Shown here one piece after another: positions 37,241-50,800 of a DNA stretch of 64,000 nt. The notes below the pieces were generated by a model, which did not search any database, had not been told where the DNA came from, and saw only the letters and a program-made list of their open reading frames with translations. Source of the stretch: Marsupella aquatica (taxonomy: Eukaryota > Plantae > Marchantiophyta); the NCBI GenBank assembly GCA_973895155.1, contig OZ316897.1, positions 8,641,832 to 8,705,831 of the forward strand, written 5' to 3'. Position numbers and translations under genes: made by a program. Every line of letters begins with the position of its first letter. Position 1 is the first letter of the stretch.

Positions 37241-38288
37241 CACGCCAGTCGATCTACTACAGTCGATTGAGTTGGGTCGAATTAGAACGAGCACGAGCTT
37301 GAGCATGAGCTGAGTCGAGCTGAGCTATGTCGACGTGAATTCGCTTTGCGGGACGGGACGATCGGCGAGCTGCAGTGGGAGCGGAGCACTCACAGCTTTC
37401 GCACGAGCTTGGAGCCGAAGCGGAGCTTGGTGGGCACTTGAAAGAGCACGTCCACTGCCCACAAGTAAGTCCCAAAGCATTCTCCTCCATTTACGCGAAA
37501 ACTCACTAGAGAAAAACGAGCTCTCATCGTCGCCTCAATTCCATTCAGAACTTTCCGATCGGCCCTGGCTTCGGGCCTCATCGATCGCCGACGAGGAATT
37601 GTTATTCTCCTTTGCCCTTGATAATTGCCAATAATGGCGCTTTGTTGCTCCGGGTTTAGGACCCTTTGCGTCCGTGCTCCCAATTTCTAGGGCAGCCTGT
37701 CTCGTATTGGATTCATGACTCGTCAATCTCGGTTCTCTATTCGTAAAGGGAGCTTCCAAAGAGTTTCAATGCATTTTCGGTTGTTTGGACGAAGAATGGT
37801 GGAGCAGGTCTCGAACTAGCGAGAATTAGCTCGACAGTAAACAACTTAATTCTTTCCAAAGCTCGCGATCTGCGCTAGATTAGGGCCAGGTCGAAATGTG
37901 TCTCGCCGTGACGGCAATGTCGATCCCGAGGGCCGGCGCAGGGCAGGGATTTTCGGGCTCCGAATTCGGTTCTGCTGCATGAGATAACCCGGAGCACACT
38001 TAGGGTTGTCGATACAATCGTCGAGAAGGGTCGGCCAGTGTCAATTCTGGTCGTCTAGGGCGCACATTCATCTCCTCGTCTATCGTCTTTCGGGAGAGTA
38101 CTTTCCCCTTCGAGCGGGTCACTGAAAGCGCGGTCAGAGACTGACGATAAGTAAGTGAGGGGGTTGTCTGAACCTCTTGTCAACATCAGCGGAAATTGAG
38201 GAGTTGTGTACGACAGTGAACGATTCGATCTTCCTCGGCCCGTTCTGAATTGATTTTTTTTGTTTCTCAATTCGCAGTTGCCAGAGGA

Positions 38289-38789
38289 ATGGACCTTCAG
38301 AGTGGCAGAGAGTTGGGAGAATATGATACGTTGGTTTTCAGGACATTGAGTGCTACGGCATCCAGCATCGTGGCGGGGACAATCATCGGTGCAATCCAAG
38401 CAACATGGCAAGATGTGCCTGCCGTTGAGAGGAATGTGGCTTTGCCGGCACTTAAGAAGACGGCGCGGATGATGGGGTCTTCTGGTGTCCTTTTTGGTGC
38501 AATTGGGGGCACCTTCGGTTTAGTAGAAGCCTTGTCGGAGAAGGTTCGAGGCAAGAAAGATTTTGTCAATGGCATTTTTGGGGGTTTTGCTGCTGGTTCT
38601 ATTCTAGGATTGAGAGCTGGCAGAATACCTGTGGGACTGGGAGCCGGAGCAGCGATGGCCGCAGTTGCTGCCTTCATTGATGCCGGTGGTCAAATGACTC
38701 GAGTACCGACAGGCAGAGAATATCTACCACACCCAAGAGAGGCGGAGAAGTACAGCATCCTAGCCGCAGCCGACAAAAGTGAACTCTAG
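38289..38789 (+). CDS. Tim17/Tim22 (PRAT) family protein, complex I subunit B14.7 / OEP16-3 (NDUFA11-like), 166 aa, intronless CDS
   Basis: Reads GTIIGAIQATWQDVPAVERNVALPALKKTARMMG...FGAIGGTF...EKVRGKKDFVNGIFGGFAAGS.LG...IDAGGQMTR, with Gly-rich TM helices and the RGK.D..N motif. A 5'UTR intron acceptor (TTCGCAG) lies at 38277. Confidence 0.92.
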   Translation: MDLQSGRELGEYDTLVFRTLSATASSIVAGTIIGAIQATWQDVPAVERNVALPALKKTARMMGSSGVLFGAIGGTFGLVEALSEKVRGKKDFVNGIFGGFAAGSILGLRAGRIPVGLGAGAAMAAVAAFIDAGGQMTRVPTGREYLPHPREAEKYSILAAADKSEL

Positions 38790-39214
38790 TCCTTCAGGAG
38801 ACTTATTAGCTCTCAGTAATTTTCAGTGCAGTTGCCCGAGTTACATGCACAGCTGTGTCAATTGATGTTGTTACTCATTTATTTCCAGAGCTGTATTTGA
38901 ATTTTCAGCTCATTCTGACTACGCTTGAACCACGAGAATTCCTTGAAGTTCAATAATAGAGCTTTAGTACTCTGTTTGATCTAGGTCAAAGCAAATGCTC
39001 TCTCCACAAGCAATGTCTCAGTGGAAGCACATACTGATAAGGACTAGTCAAGCGAGAGCAAGAAGATAGTTCCTTAGACGGACCAAGAATGGTCTCAGTG
39101 CGCGCAAATACAGATAGGGGTTAGTCAACCGAGAACGAAAGGATAGTTGCTTAGACGGACCAAGATGTACTTCTGCCAGATTGGTGCGGCCTACGGCCCG
39201 TGTAAGGTGCATTA

Positions 39215-39345
39215 CAATAAACGATGAAATTATGGTTCTATTGAATCAGTTGTTGGTGTACAATTTGTCTTCATGGATGCACCTGTTTGGATTTGTTGAG
39301 GGAACGTTGGCTCCAAATGCAGATGAAGTACCGAACGAGTAAGTG
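39215..39345 (+). mobile_element. Ty1/copia gag N-terminal remnant
   Basis: Frameshifted (I)NDE/YGS...LSSWMHLFGFVEGTLAP resembles the copia gag motif L...NY..W...L.GFVDGT..P. Confidence 0.4.
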
Positions 39346-39747
39346 AATAGGAAGAACATGGCGACCGTGGAGGTGCAGAGAGTGTTTAGGGGCCATGGTG
39401 CTCTCAGGAATAACCCGAATGCAGCAGGTTAGCACACAAGCCTAGCTGGTGGAATGTCGTAGAAGGTGTCCTTCAGCATCCTCTTCCAATTTGTATGCCT
39501 ACAATAATCCTCAAATGCACCGCAAAGGTGGTTGAGTGTGAAAGAGAAGGCTGCCAAGGTTGGTAGAGGATTAGCTAAGAATGGCAAGTCTCGTCAATTG
39601 GCTTTCCAGCGTTGGCAATGCTCCGTGTGAAATGTCTGTGGAACTTTCTCGACAAATGCAAGGCGGCTAGGAGAAGGCATGACCCATTCCCATGCTGCCG
39701 GGCCTAGTGACGGAACTAGGTCAACACCACTGCTCGTGAGAATACTA

Positions 39748-40167
39748 CTAGCAAGTTGGACGAAGTTTCTGGGCTAGGCTGGTAATATTCATGAGCTCAA
39801 CGGTGCAATCCTTCACAAGAAGTCGTCGCAGCTGTTTGTGGCACCTCCAGCTAGAAAACGTGGGTGCTGCAGTTCTCCATCGCCAACGTGAAGTTCGTTG
39901 GTGGCACTGATCACAAAAACTCAAGTCTTCGTTTAGATTGTTATCTGGGTCTCCTGTAAGTTTGTTCACCAGTTTCCCATTCTCTACTACTTCGAACCAA
40001 TTGCTCTCCTTACCGCTCGAATTCTTAGCGAGCTCTTTTGTGTGACTTTGATCTCTTGCAATGCTTAAATCGAAATTCTTTCCCTTCCAAGTGTAAAGCC
40101 AGTGGGACCATGGCCCTTGAGTTTGACTATCGCCCCACACGTCACAGAAAATACAGATTTTGACCAT
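39748..40167 (-). CDS. Orphan ORF, 139 aa, two CxxC motifs
   Basis: ATG-initiated ORF just after an acceptor-like TATAG, containing CIFC and CDQC. No recognised family. Confidence 0.3.
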   Translation of the reverse strand: MVKICIFCDVWGDSQTQGPWSHWLYTWKGKNFDLSIARDQSHTKELAKNSSGKESNWFEVVENGKLVNKLTGDPDNNLNEDLSFCDQCHQRTSRWRWRTAAPTFSSWRCHKQLRRLLVKDCTVELMNITSLAQKLRPTC

Positions 40168-41829
40168 GCCGATGTTTTAGACCTATAGTTTAGAGCTGGC
40201 AACTGTTCTTATCCAGAGGCCGTGATTGATAGGCCACTAGTACTACCATCTTGAACTTCCATGCTTCTGAAATCAGTCATCAAGAAGAAAATTACAGAAA
40301 GGAGGCCCGAACGTAACCCAAGCAAGAGACCATACTGAACATCGTAAGAATTTAACAATCACAGAATGAAAGGATAACAAGGGGTCACTCAGCAGCATTC
40401 ACAAGAGTGCCATTGCCATCTTTTCACCTAGGATGGTGCAGGTTACTTGCATCACCTGCATGGTAGTACATCATTCCATAAGATTCGCCTACATGTTGCA
40501 GTTTTGTTTTGGGTTTGCTGTAAGTGTTGAAGTGCGTTTTCCTCCACATCATTTAGTGCGGGCCACACTGTTTTAACCATTACGTTCATGCAGATCATAT
40601 TTTGAAGTACACGATAGGGTAATGACAGGTGGTTGTACAATTTGTCTTTCGACAGAGTATTATGGACCACGCCATTGTCAGTTCCACAGCATATAAAAAT
40701 TCACGAGAATTACCCATGGCAAAGTTGTCTATTCAGTGTCGGAGTATTGAGCTGTTAGGAGTGGTAAACACTAAACTACCTATCCTTTGGGTGATTTGAT
40801 ATTTCAGCATTGACTTGTCTTCATATGTAGGTCGGAAAAAGATCATCAAATGTGACGAGTCGAGGGTAGAGAACTACAGTACCTTCGCTGTGGGTGACTT
40901 TATGTTTGAACACGGATTCGTCTTCATATGGAGGGCCCAAGCCTAAAGCTAAACGAGTGGCAGGAGAGCATATGAAAGTCGTCAGAAAATATTGAGAACT
41001 CTGATAAAATTGCTGGTCTTAAGAGTATCAAGTCTCTTCCCGAGTGGGGAGAAGAACTTCCTCTCAATCCCTCGTACAATGTTATTTTATGATAACATTT
41101 CTCATTTAAGTCAGGCTTACGTCCGGTTTTGATTGTTTTTCAGCATGTATATTTATGTAGCTCATAGCATACGTAAATTTTCAATATTCTGTGACGGACT
41201 TATCATCCTCACATATGGCACATTTGTAAACGGTACAGACAGATAATCCACAAGAGCAACCTCAATGAAGCCCACATTTGCCAGTCTTGCCAAAATCCAC
41301 AGCACAGTCAAAATATTTTCAACTCTGCTGACAAGAAAGATTATCAAAATAGTTGACAGCAATCTCTTCTCCCTTCTGAGGCAACTTTTCGGAGCTAGAA
41401 GAGACTCTTATATACAGTCAACAATCAGGAAGGTAGCATCTTCCGAACTCCTTAGTTGACAGCAAGTAGTAGGTATAGTGAAGGCTATTTAGCCTGCTTT
41501 CCTGGTTGTAGTGTACAACACCGGGTAGAACATCAGATGTTCTAGCATCCCAAATAATGAGGGAAATAATGCGAGTATGGAAGTACAACAATGCTCCTGA
41601 CATTCTGATTTTGAGATGCCGCTCAGGAGTCAGCCCCACAATCACTGTTCCAATGACTGCTTCTCCTTGCTACGGCTGCAAAATCCATGTTGGAGGTAAA
41701 AGTGGCTAGCTAGGGAGATAGTCACCAAGACATGTCTGTACAAAAGGTTTGTACCTTCCCGAGCTTGCATAAGATACTGCACGTGACAATGTCACCGTGA
41801 AGGTGGTTGGCCCGTACCAGTTGCTCTAA

Positions 41830-44800
41830 TCAAGGCAGTTTCTTTGCACCGTTGTAGAGTTCAATATAGTCAAGCGCAGGTCGATTCCAGCTCCAATCCT
41901 GCTGCATTACTTTTTTGCACAATCCTTCAAACCAAGGGCGTGAATCGTACCAAGCAGTTATTGCCCTGCATTTCGAAAACGTATATCAGCTATCAAGCCA
42001 CAGCAAAAAAGTCCAAAAAGGCTCAGATGGCAATCATAAAATCAAAACAGTCAAAAAGATTCATGATCTGACTAGGACCAATATTGTTGATTAACTACTA
42101 TAGGTGGCATCACAAAAATTAAAGAAAGCTATCGTCCTTTATCAAATAAACGTCAATGCAAATCTTGCTGAGAAGCTACAGTAGTGGGTAACAATCACAT
42201 CATGCTTGAAGGACTCAAATTACCCATGCCGGAGCAACATTCTTTATGAACTCAATCTGGTACGAACACAAACCTGTTCATGGCATAATCGAGGCCAGGA
42301 GCATCTGCGGCTGCAAAACTGAAGCCATTGGTGTCGGTCCCATTTTCTCTTGCACGAACTTGATCGTGATCAACATCAAAAACGGTGTCATACAATCCTG
42401 AAGGAGAAAACCGTGATTAGCTTTTGGAATCCTCACTTGTTGCTCACTAGTTCATAGACACACTTGTGATGGCTAGAAGGCTTATAAACCCGTACTCACA
42501 TTGCACACAAATTGAAGTCATGAAAGTACTTGTTTGCCTCTGGGCACACCAAGTAGGCATAAGATACTGACCTCCTGTTTGACGTACTATTGGGATGGCA
42601 CCATATCGCATGGCCGTCAGCTGAGTCAAGCCGCATGGCTCAAATATGGAAGGAATTAGCATGAAGTCAGCTCCGGCATAAATCTGTGCATTTTTCCAGC
42701 AACGACTTGACACATCAGTGACTTCAAAACAAGAGATGAGAGAATCTGCAATACGTTGGTGTGACCTTCCACGTCTTATATCAATACCTGGAACCGTTTG
42801 ACAAATTTCACTTGCCCTCAAATTTCACTTGCCCTCAAATTTCACTTGCCCTCAAATTTCACTGAGCTCATTCGCAACATCAATTTTAGTGTACAGTTGT
42901 AAGACATTTCTGTTCCATGCTCTCCTCCTAATGGACCTGCACTCTAGGTAGGTAGGTAGGTAGGTAGGGGTTGCACATTCACTTCCTCCTTCTCTCAAGG
43001 TTTAGAATCACACTTTTTGTCAAACCAACTTCCAGATCAATTTGAATTGATCGAATTTACAAAACAACTCGTCAAACTGACTCACCAGCTTGACTCTGGA
43101 ACTTCTGCATGAGATAACAAAAGATTGGGTCGTAAGGGACTTACCAGATGCGAGAGGGGCTCATCATAACTCAGCCACAACCTTGCCATATCACCATGTG
43201 TCTGATTCAAATGGTTAGCCAATCCTACAAAATCATTCTGAATCCGTGGATCCGGTGCTGAGCCAAGCAGAACAACCTGCATCCCGAAAGTATCCATATT
43301 TCAGCATTTCAACTCTCCATAGTAACAGTGCAAATCAGGAATTGCAATATCCCTCGCTTACCTACAGAGATCCTTCAGCCGCTTAAACAGTGATCCACGG
43401 GAAAGTTGAATATTTAAAAGAATCAATTGCGTTTAAATATCCCAAAGCGGAAAGGTAAAATACTATTGCATGGATTAGAGCTATGTAAAGACTACAAGGT
43501 TTCACAACCAAATTTGCTTAACCAACTTGTCCTTTCTACTATTGCTTTGGGTGAAACCACTCATCCATTTCAAGGCTTTGAGAATACAAGCAGTACCTGT
43601 CCGCCACGCTCAAGTGTACGCCAAACCCCATGCTTGATCAAGTCGATGCCCTTCTGGGCAGTCAGGCGAGTAATAATACCTACCAAAGGACGGTCAACTT
43701 GCCTCAACCCCAGTCTATGCTGGAGCTCCCTCTTTGCAGCTCGCTTGCCATCAACGACATTCTCTGCGGTGTATTTAACCTGCAGCCAGCCAGCGTTCAC
43801 TTGCTATTAGAAACTGTCAACAGCACCAGGATCATAATAGGGTATGCCGAAACAAGAATCGAGGTTTATGTCGTTTAAATTTCTAACGTGATTCACATTA
43901 CAGAGCCATCACATTAAAAATTGACTCCTCGATAGGCAGCAAAGGAAATTTAAACACTAGTCAAGCTCTCAAGCAGATCGCACAGAAGGCATTGAAGATA
44001 ATATCTCGAAAAATGCATGACAAAGGCAAGAGATGGAATTTACTGGAATAAATGGGTCGATATAAGGATCCCAAATATCTGGGTCGATTCCATTAAGAAT
44101 GCCGTGAAACTTGTACCAATGCGGGGCAATGACTGGATTACCGATGACTTCCCTAGCATATGTGGGTGAAACCTTCAAATCATCAGGCGGACACGACGAG
44201 GTTATTAGAAAGACAATACCTAACGTCATTCTCTTGCGTCACTCTTGTTGCATAGCTCTACTGCACAAATAAGATATTTCATTGGTTTGAGCAGACCATC
44301 ATGGGAAAACAACTTCTCCCTTTCTATTTCTTTCTCTTTCTCTAAATCCGTACCGTTGTTGCCATGTGAGCGTTTGCCATTGCCCTTCCAATTTGAGCAG
44401 CACCAAACTCAAGATTATGAATGGTAAATATAATACGTGCACCAGCAAGATTATCATGCTTGTAGTGTTCTTGAAATAGCCATGCAACAGGTGCTGATGA
44501 CCAGTCATGACAGTGAATTATATCCTGCGAGTAAAATGAGGACCTTCAGAAAATCTGACGAGGGACATACAATTTGGAGACTGGAACAAAATAAAAGCAC
44601 ATGAACAGAAGGGAAGCACTGTATCATGCAATTCTATGATCTGAAGGCACATAGCTGCGCCCAAAGAACTTTAGGATTACGACTGAAGTTAAATTGCTCG
44701 CCAACAACATCCTCCGTAGCCTTAACATACATGTCAGGCAACAAAGTTTCAGATTGGACAGATATATTTGGACTCACAGGTTGCCGTCCACTTTGAAGGA

Positions 44801-47800
44801 GATATTCTAGGGCTGCATGGCAGAAAAAGCCGAAACGACTGGCATCATCTCTGCGCCCGTATACGCATCCTGCCCAAAACATTCTGCATCCACAACGAGG
44901 TCACATACAATCATCTTAAGCCCGTCCATCCTATTAAAGTAGACTACAAAACTAGCTAACCTCTGGACTACGTTTTTGCTTCTTTCCTTACTTCTTACAC
45001 TATTGGCACCCGTGCCACTTTTTGCACTATAATTTTTCTCTTGATAGGGGACTTGAAGAATTCCCATTCCGATCACTCTCCTAACGTTCTGATTGTGTGC
45101 AACCATACATACATTGATGTCCCACTGCATAGCTGTATCATTACAACATACAGGCATTAATATCAGATCTTGTTACTTTCCACATCACATCCGGTTATCA
45201 ATTATTTTCTTTCAGGAAAGATAACCAGTCTCGCAGTTTATCTGAGTATATATTCTCCTAGCCAACGAAACGCATTGAGGAAAAGGAGATACAAATGGAG
45301 TTGTTGTTGTCTGCTTCTTTTTGCTCAAGTGCTCGTCATGGTAATCCTGGTAATTGTCTTAATGTAGCCCAGTTAAGATTTTGATCCTATCATTCATTCC
45401 GTTCGTTGTCGCATACTTCACACATGTTTTAAACCCCTTGCTACAAACCGTAGTCCAAGTTACAAGCTTACCCATTCTCTGGCTCGAGAAAATGCACTGT
45501 CAGACCTTCCACTTTTCCATTCCAGACTTTGACTTTTGTATCCGCCAAATAGAAGAAGCTGACTTCGTGCAAATCTTCAATCTGTGCAAGCCATCAACAA
45601 AGTGGAGCACATCAGAATGTTGCATCATAAGTTGAAAAGTGTTCTACGAATGACGACCATCACCACATATCTAGCATATCAAGAACAGGACACTATTGCA
45701 ACACCCTCCATTTGTCAGGAATACGAAAGAAAGTAGATCGCAGTGGCACTCTAATTTAAATGTTGCACAGCACCATATCCACAAATGCAGCGTGGACTAC
45801 CTTTAGTCCACACTGCATTTGTGGGTTAGCTAGCTTCGCCATTGGAACACGACAGCTCCCAAAAACTGCCAGAGGAGAAAATCTAATGTCTTGGCAATGA
45901 GAAGATAAATAGCCCAAGAAAGAACACTTACATATTTGTAGTTCAGACAGTCATACTTGGGAAGCACCACCTCTGCACTATGTCCCTGTTCCTCAATTGC
46001 GCGAGACAGGCTAGTCACAACATCTCCAAGCCCTCCAACCTGCCCACCCGAATCATATGGCACAATCAAAACACAAAGCCTTCTCAAGGATTGAAGTCAA
46101 TACGAGCAGATTTTTAAAAACACGTTTTGTCAGTTGAAATCTATGTAAATGACCAGTCCTAGAAGAAATCTCGATGGCAAAAAGGCTTTTCTCTCAGACG
46201 TTGGAAGCAGATGGAAGAGTTTAACAAATTGAGTCTTCATTGGGATCGAAAACTGGAGAGTGCTCGCCATGCACCACATTTGAATAAATCAACTGGCTAT
46301 TTACCAGTCCATCTCCTGTTTTTCCTGATACCTTTGCAAACTTGAATCCTTCAGAATAACAATTCATACCTTGGCAATTGGGGCCATTTCTAATGCAATG
46401 TGAATAATATCCAACGGTGGCTGGCGTAAGTTGCTTCCTATTACAGGAACATGATAGTCAAGTGCATTCCTGTTGTCATAAACTCCACCATCATCGCCTC
46501 CTCTCTCCGAGAACACGAAATCTATCACATAAGCATCCTTCGGAACTTTTACTGCAAAATACGAGCAAATTGATCAGATAACCAATCTTCGAAGGGTCCA
46601 CAACTAAATAGACAATCCTCTCACAGAATGTTTCCGAGAATAGGTACCTCCTGTTGTGCTCTTACCTGTTGTCACTAGATGAGTACCATTGCTGGCCGGG
46701 GTTAGCTTTGTGGTTGGAATCCCATGGCGATAAGTCCACCGGTTAAACGAACCTCTTATATACACTTCTGGTTTCCCATTCAAAACAGTATTTGACGGAT
46801 TGTAGAAAATAGTTACATCTTCCCCTGCTCGCACTTCAGATGGCTCAGTGTAGAAAATATGGGCTTGCGATTGTAAAAACGAGTGCATCGTTCTGGACTT
46901 CATTTCATCTTTCCTTTCTTGTCGATGTTCAATCTGCACATCGCACATGTTAATCCCATCAGTTTGCAATTGTCAATGCTAACAATTAGAAACGGCACTC
47001 CATTTTATTTAAGCATGGGACACACAATCTCCTTCAATAATTCTGTGTCTGGCTTGTCTGACTTCATGCACATAAAAGATTAAGAAGGAAACCAAACTCC
47101 AGCACTCTCACGAGGTTTCTCACACTCAATCCGGTTCTTCTGGCAAATTTTGAAATAGATTTCGGGTTCGACGTTATTTTTAGTCCTAGAATGGAGTTTG
47201 GATAAAATAACTTTCACCAGTACAGTTCATGCTGTGTCAATCAACACAAATGTAGCAGCACTTTAAACCTGTCTATCTTTAGCTTACTGACAAACACAGT
47301 TGTGAGACATTTCAGGGCTGCTTCTGGTTTCAACTTGCCTTCCTCAGAGCTGTAGATTCCTTAGCCAGGGTCTCCTTGCGAATCCTCTCGTAAATTTCTT
47401 TCTCGACTTCACTCCAATAAACGTCCTCTGAAGCAGTCTTTGTCACAAGTGCATGGAAGTCTTGATAGTTATTATTGTCATAACGTGCTGCTTTGTTTGG
47501 TGGACCATCAGCGAACACCCAGTTCAACATGTATGCCTTCTCCGGGACATTTACTGCATGAGAAACATCTTAGTTCTTGTTTGCGATGCGATAGAAAGTA
47601 TATTAAGCAAAACCCAATGAGCACACAGGATTCTAATTCCAATAAACTTTCACTTATCGAACTAGCTAATTTGAACAGCATTATCATATCGTCAGTCGCT
47701 GGAGCGTAAATTTCATCAAATGAAAGTGCTTACGTGCGATAGACCACCAATCCTGTTCAGGAGTTTTTCGATTCATTGTAGGTGACAGCTTCCCGACAAT

Positions 47801-50800
47801 GGACACCATATTTTCCCAGTTGTTCGCTCCACCATGGATCCAAATTCCTCTGCTTTGTGCGAGTGGACGAGAAGATCTATTATAGTAAAGGGTGACACGA
47901 TCACCCGCTCCAAATTCAGAAGGCTCAATGTACCAGAGCCCATGCACCCTCTTGACCGCCTTTTGTAGGGCTAGTCGGGCTTTCTCCCGTTTTTCATCCA
48001 CAACTTTTTTAGCTTCAGCCCTATCAACCGCCTTGGCAGCCTCATGCTCTGCCACTCTACGGGCCTCGGCAGATTCATGTTCCTTCCTGGTCTTCTCATC
48101 AGCCAGCCGTTGAGCCGACTTGGCTTTCTCTTCCAGAAGAAAGTACGCAAAGTCCGTCTCTGTCATCCCACCTTGAACTGCTATAAAAAAGTTGTTGTCA
48201 GAGTTGTTTTCAAATGTATTGTCGCCATCAAAAAATATGAAATCAAGCTTGTACGCTTCTTTTGGGACATCTATTTTACACACCCACCAATCCCCTGGGA
48301 GCTCAGTTGTCTTTTGCAACTCCACAACAAAGGAACCCCACCGCCAGTCATTGTATCCACCTTTCACAAAGACGGCTGGCCTGCTTGCTAATGCAGTTAT
48401 GGGGCGATTAAAAAATATCTCCAGCTCATTTGCTGCTATTGCAGGGTCAGGATAGAAGAATATTTTGTTGTTGATGTAGCTGCTCTTGGATGCCAGTTTC
48501 AGCACTTCACTTCTGTATGCCTCTTCTCTGGCCTTTTTTGACATCTCTTCTTGGAGCAGTTGTTCTGCTTTTAAGCTCTCCTCTTGTATCGCCAGATCAA
48601 CTGATTCCCCATTCAACATAGTAGCAAGTTCATCTTTCGCACTGTCGTTAAAAGAGCTCCCTTTACTGACATCTTGTGACTCTTCCTCATCAGCAGCAGA
48701 ATTCTCCTGAGTTGAAAAGACTTGAGCAGCCACAAGGCCCCGGGCCACTTCCTGTTCCCTGTGCTCAAAATCATCTCCAACATCCGGCGCTGAGGTCTTC
48801 TTTTGAAGACCATGTAAGAGGTGTGGTTTGACCACATGTGGAGGCTTTTTCTGCTGATCATCATCATTTTGGTCATCTTCAACAGGACCATCCAGAGAAG
48901 GATCTTCCAACCGATCCTTTACCTCAGCCGTTGCTCCAGAACTTGGCAGTGGGCTCCGACCAAAACCCTTTGTAGCAGTCGCCTCTTTCAATCTCGGCTC
49001 GCCAGCATCCTTCCGACCCCGTGCTGACGACTTTCCTACTGAAATGCATGCACATTGCACAACATTCATAAGCTTAGAATCAATCAGAAACACTACAAGC
49101 CAATACCTGGGGTTCAGACGTCCACCACTTTTAAGGTACTGGGGTTCATTCCCGAGCTAGTGAGGGCTCTAGGAAAACACTAGTTCCTTCCTTCCTTCCT
49201 TCCTTCCTTCCTTCCTTCCTTCCGTCTGTCTTCCACAGGGACAAATGCCGGTTCCTCCCTTCCTTCCGTCCGTCTGTCTTGTCTGTCCGTCCCCAGGGAC
49301 AAATGCAGGGTAACCCAGGGAAAACAGAGGGTGCCAAGCTTATTGTGCCACGTCTTATTCCCATCGTCTGTTAAATTTGGTGTAGAACTAAACAAACACA
49401 AAATCTTCAATAACAAGGCGCAAGAAAGGTACAGAAGAAGAAGAAGAGAACGACTTCTACTGAGAACAAGGCCCGGTCATTAGTAGTCTCGTACGAAAAT
49501 AAACCCCCCAAAATGTGGCCTATTAAAAAAGAAAACCTATACGATTCCAACCCACGAGCCATCAGGATCAACCCACATTACAGTGGTGATGTACCTGAGA
49601 GAGCATGCCCACTACTTTCAACCAAAAATAATTTTCAGTTGCGACAGGTAGCTCACAGAGAATGCAATTTGCTTCGACATTTTATGTGCAAATATTAATC
49701 AGCTATCCACGAAAGATGTTCGAATCGAAACAACGGTGACTGAAGTCCACTGAAATGAGGCCAAGGATCGATGCATCAATACATTGCAGTGTTCAACAGA
49801 AGATTGTCTCTGTAGCAAGATGTCAATTCACGAAACATTTTCAGCCGAAAGAACCACATGTGAGAATTGAGCAATCAACTCAGTGACCTTTCCACCTGCA
49901 ATGCACCCTAGGGTTTCTAATGAGAGAAATGTTCCTAGATCGATGACTGCATACCACTGAAAGGAAGACAACTCCTTGATTTCTATTGTGACCAGGTATT
50001 TTCCCCCGTGATCCGTTATTTTCCCCTGCAGACAGACGGACGGACGGACAGACGGATTTAAAGTCATGCTAGAGCCCTCACTACGCTTTCCGCCCATCTC
50101 CCTGTCCACAAGGACAAATGCAGGTTCCTTCCTTCCGTCCGTCTGTCTGTCTGTCCACAGGGACAAATGCTGGGTGACCCGGGGTAACAGAGTGCCAGGT
50201 TTTTGTGCAGGGACTACCGGTAGTGCAGAATATGTCAAAAGGCATAATGTTTTGGATGTGAAGCTGACAAGAGGGAAAGTGAATGGCATATGTGATAACT
50301 TGTACAACAAACGACACCAATTAAGACAAGCTCCTCAGACAATCAATGAATGCTGACGAAATAAATGACCAAGGGAAGAAAAAGAACCCCTCAGCTCCTA
50401 CATAGTTGCAATGACACTCCAGAAGTACAGCCCAGGAACTCCGATCACCATAAAATGTATCGACCCAAGCGCCACAATGCAACTTAAGCAACCGACACCA
50501 TATGTTGCACTCACTTCTTAGAACGGAAACCTGGGAGAAAAACTAACATGTTGTGCACCCATTGGCATTTAGATGTTCAATTTCGAGAGAAGTACACAGG
50601 ACCTGAGTTCTACCTCGGCTGAAGCTTCCAAGGCGTCTCATAGTTTCTATATCAAAGACACTGTTTAAACTCTTACCAAATACACTCGGAAACCAATTCC
50701 TGTGATACCGCACGCACGGCCCAACAAAAAATTTCAGACAAGTAGAAAGAATGAAAAACCCTAGACACCAACAAATGAGAACCCCATACATTCTAGATCA

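Noticed and set aside
47892-49027. Several plus-strand ORFs overlapping SS3 exon 2, and the antisense ORF over B14.7 (38297-38677)
   Set aside because: These are antisense shadows of real coding exons.
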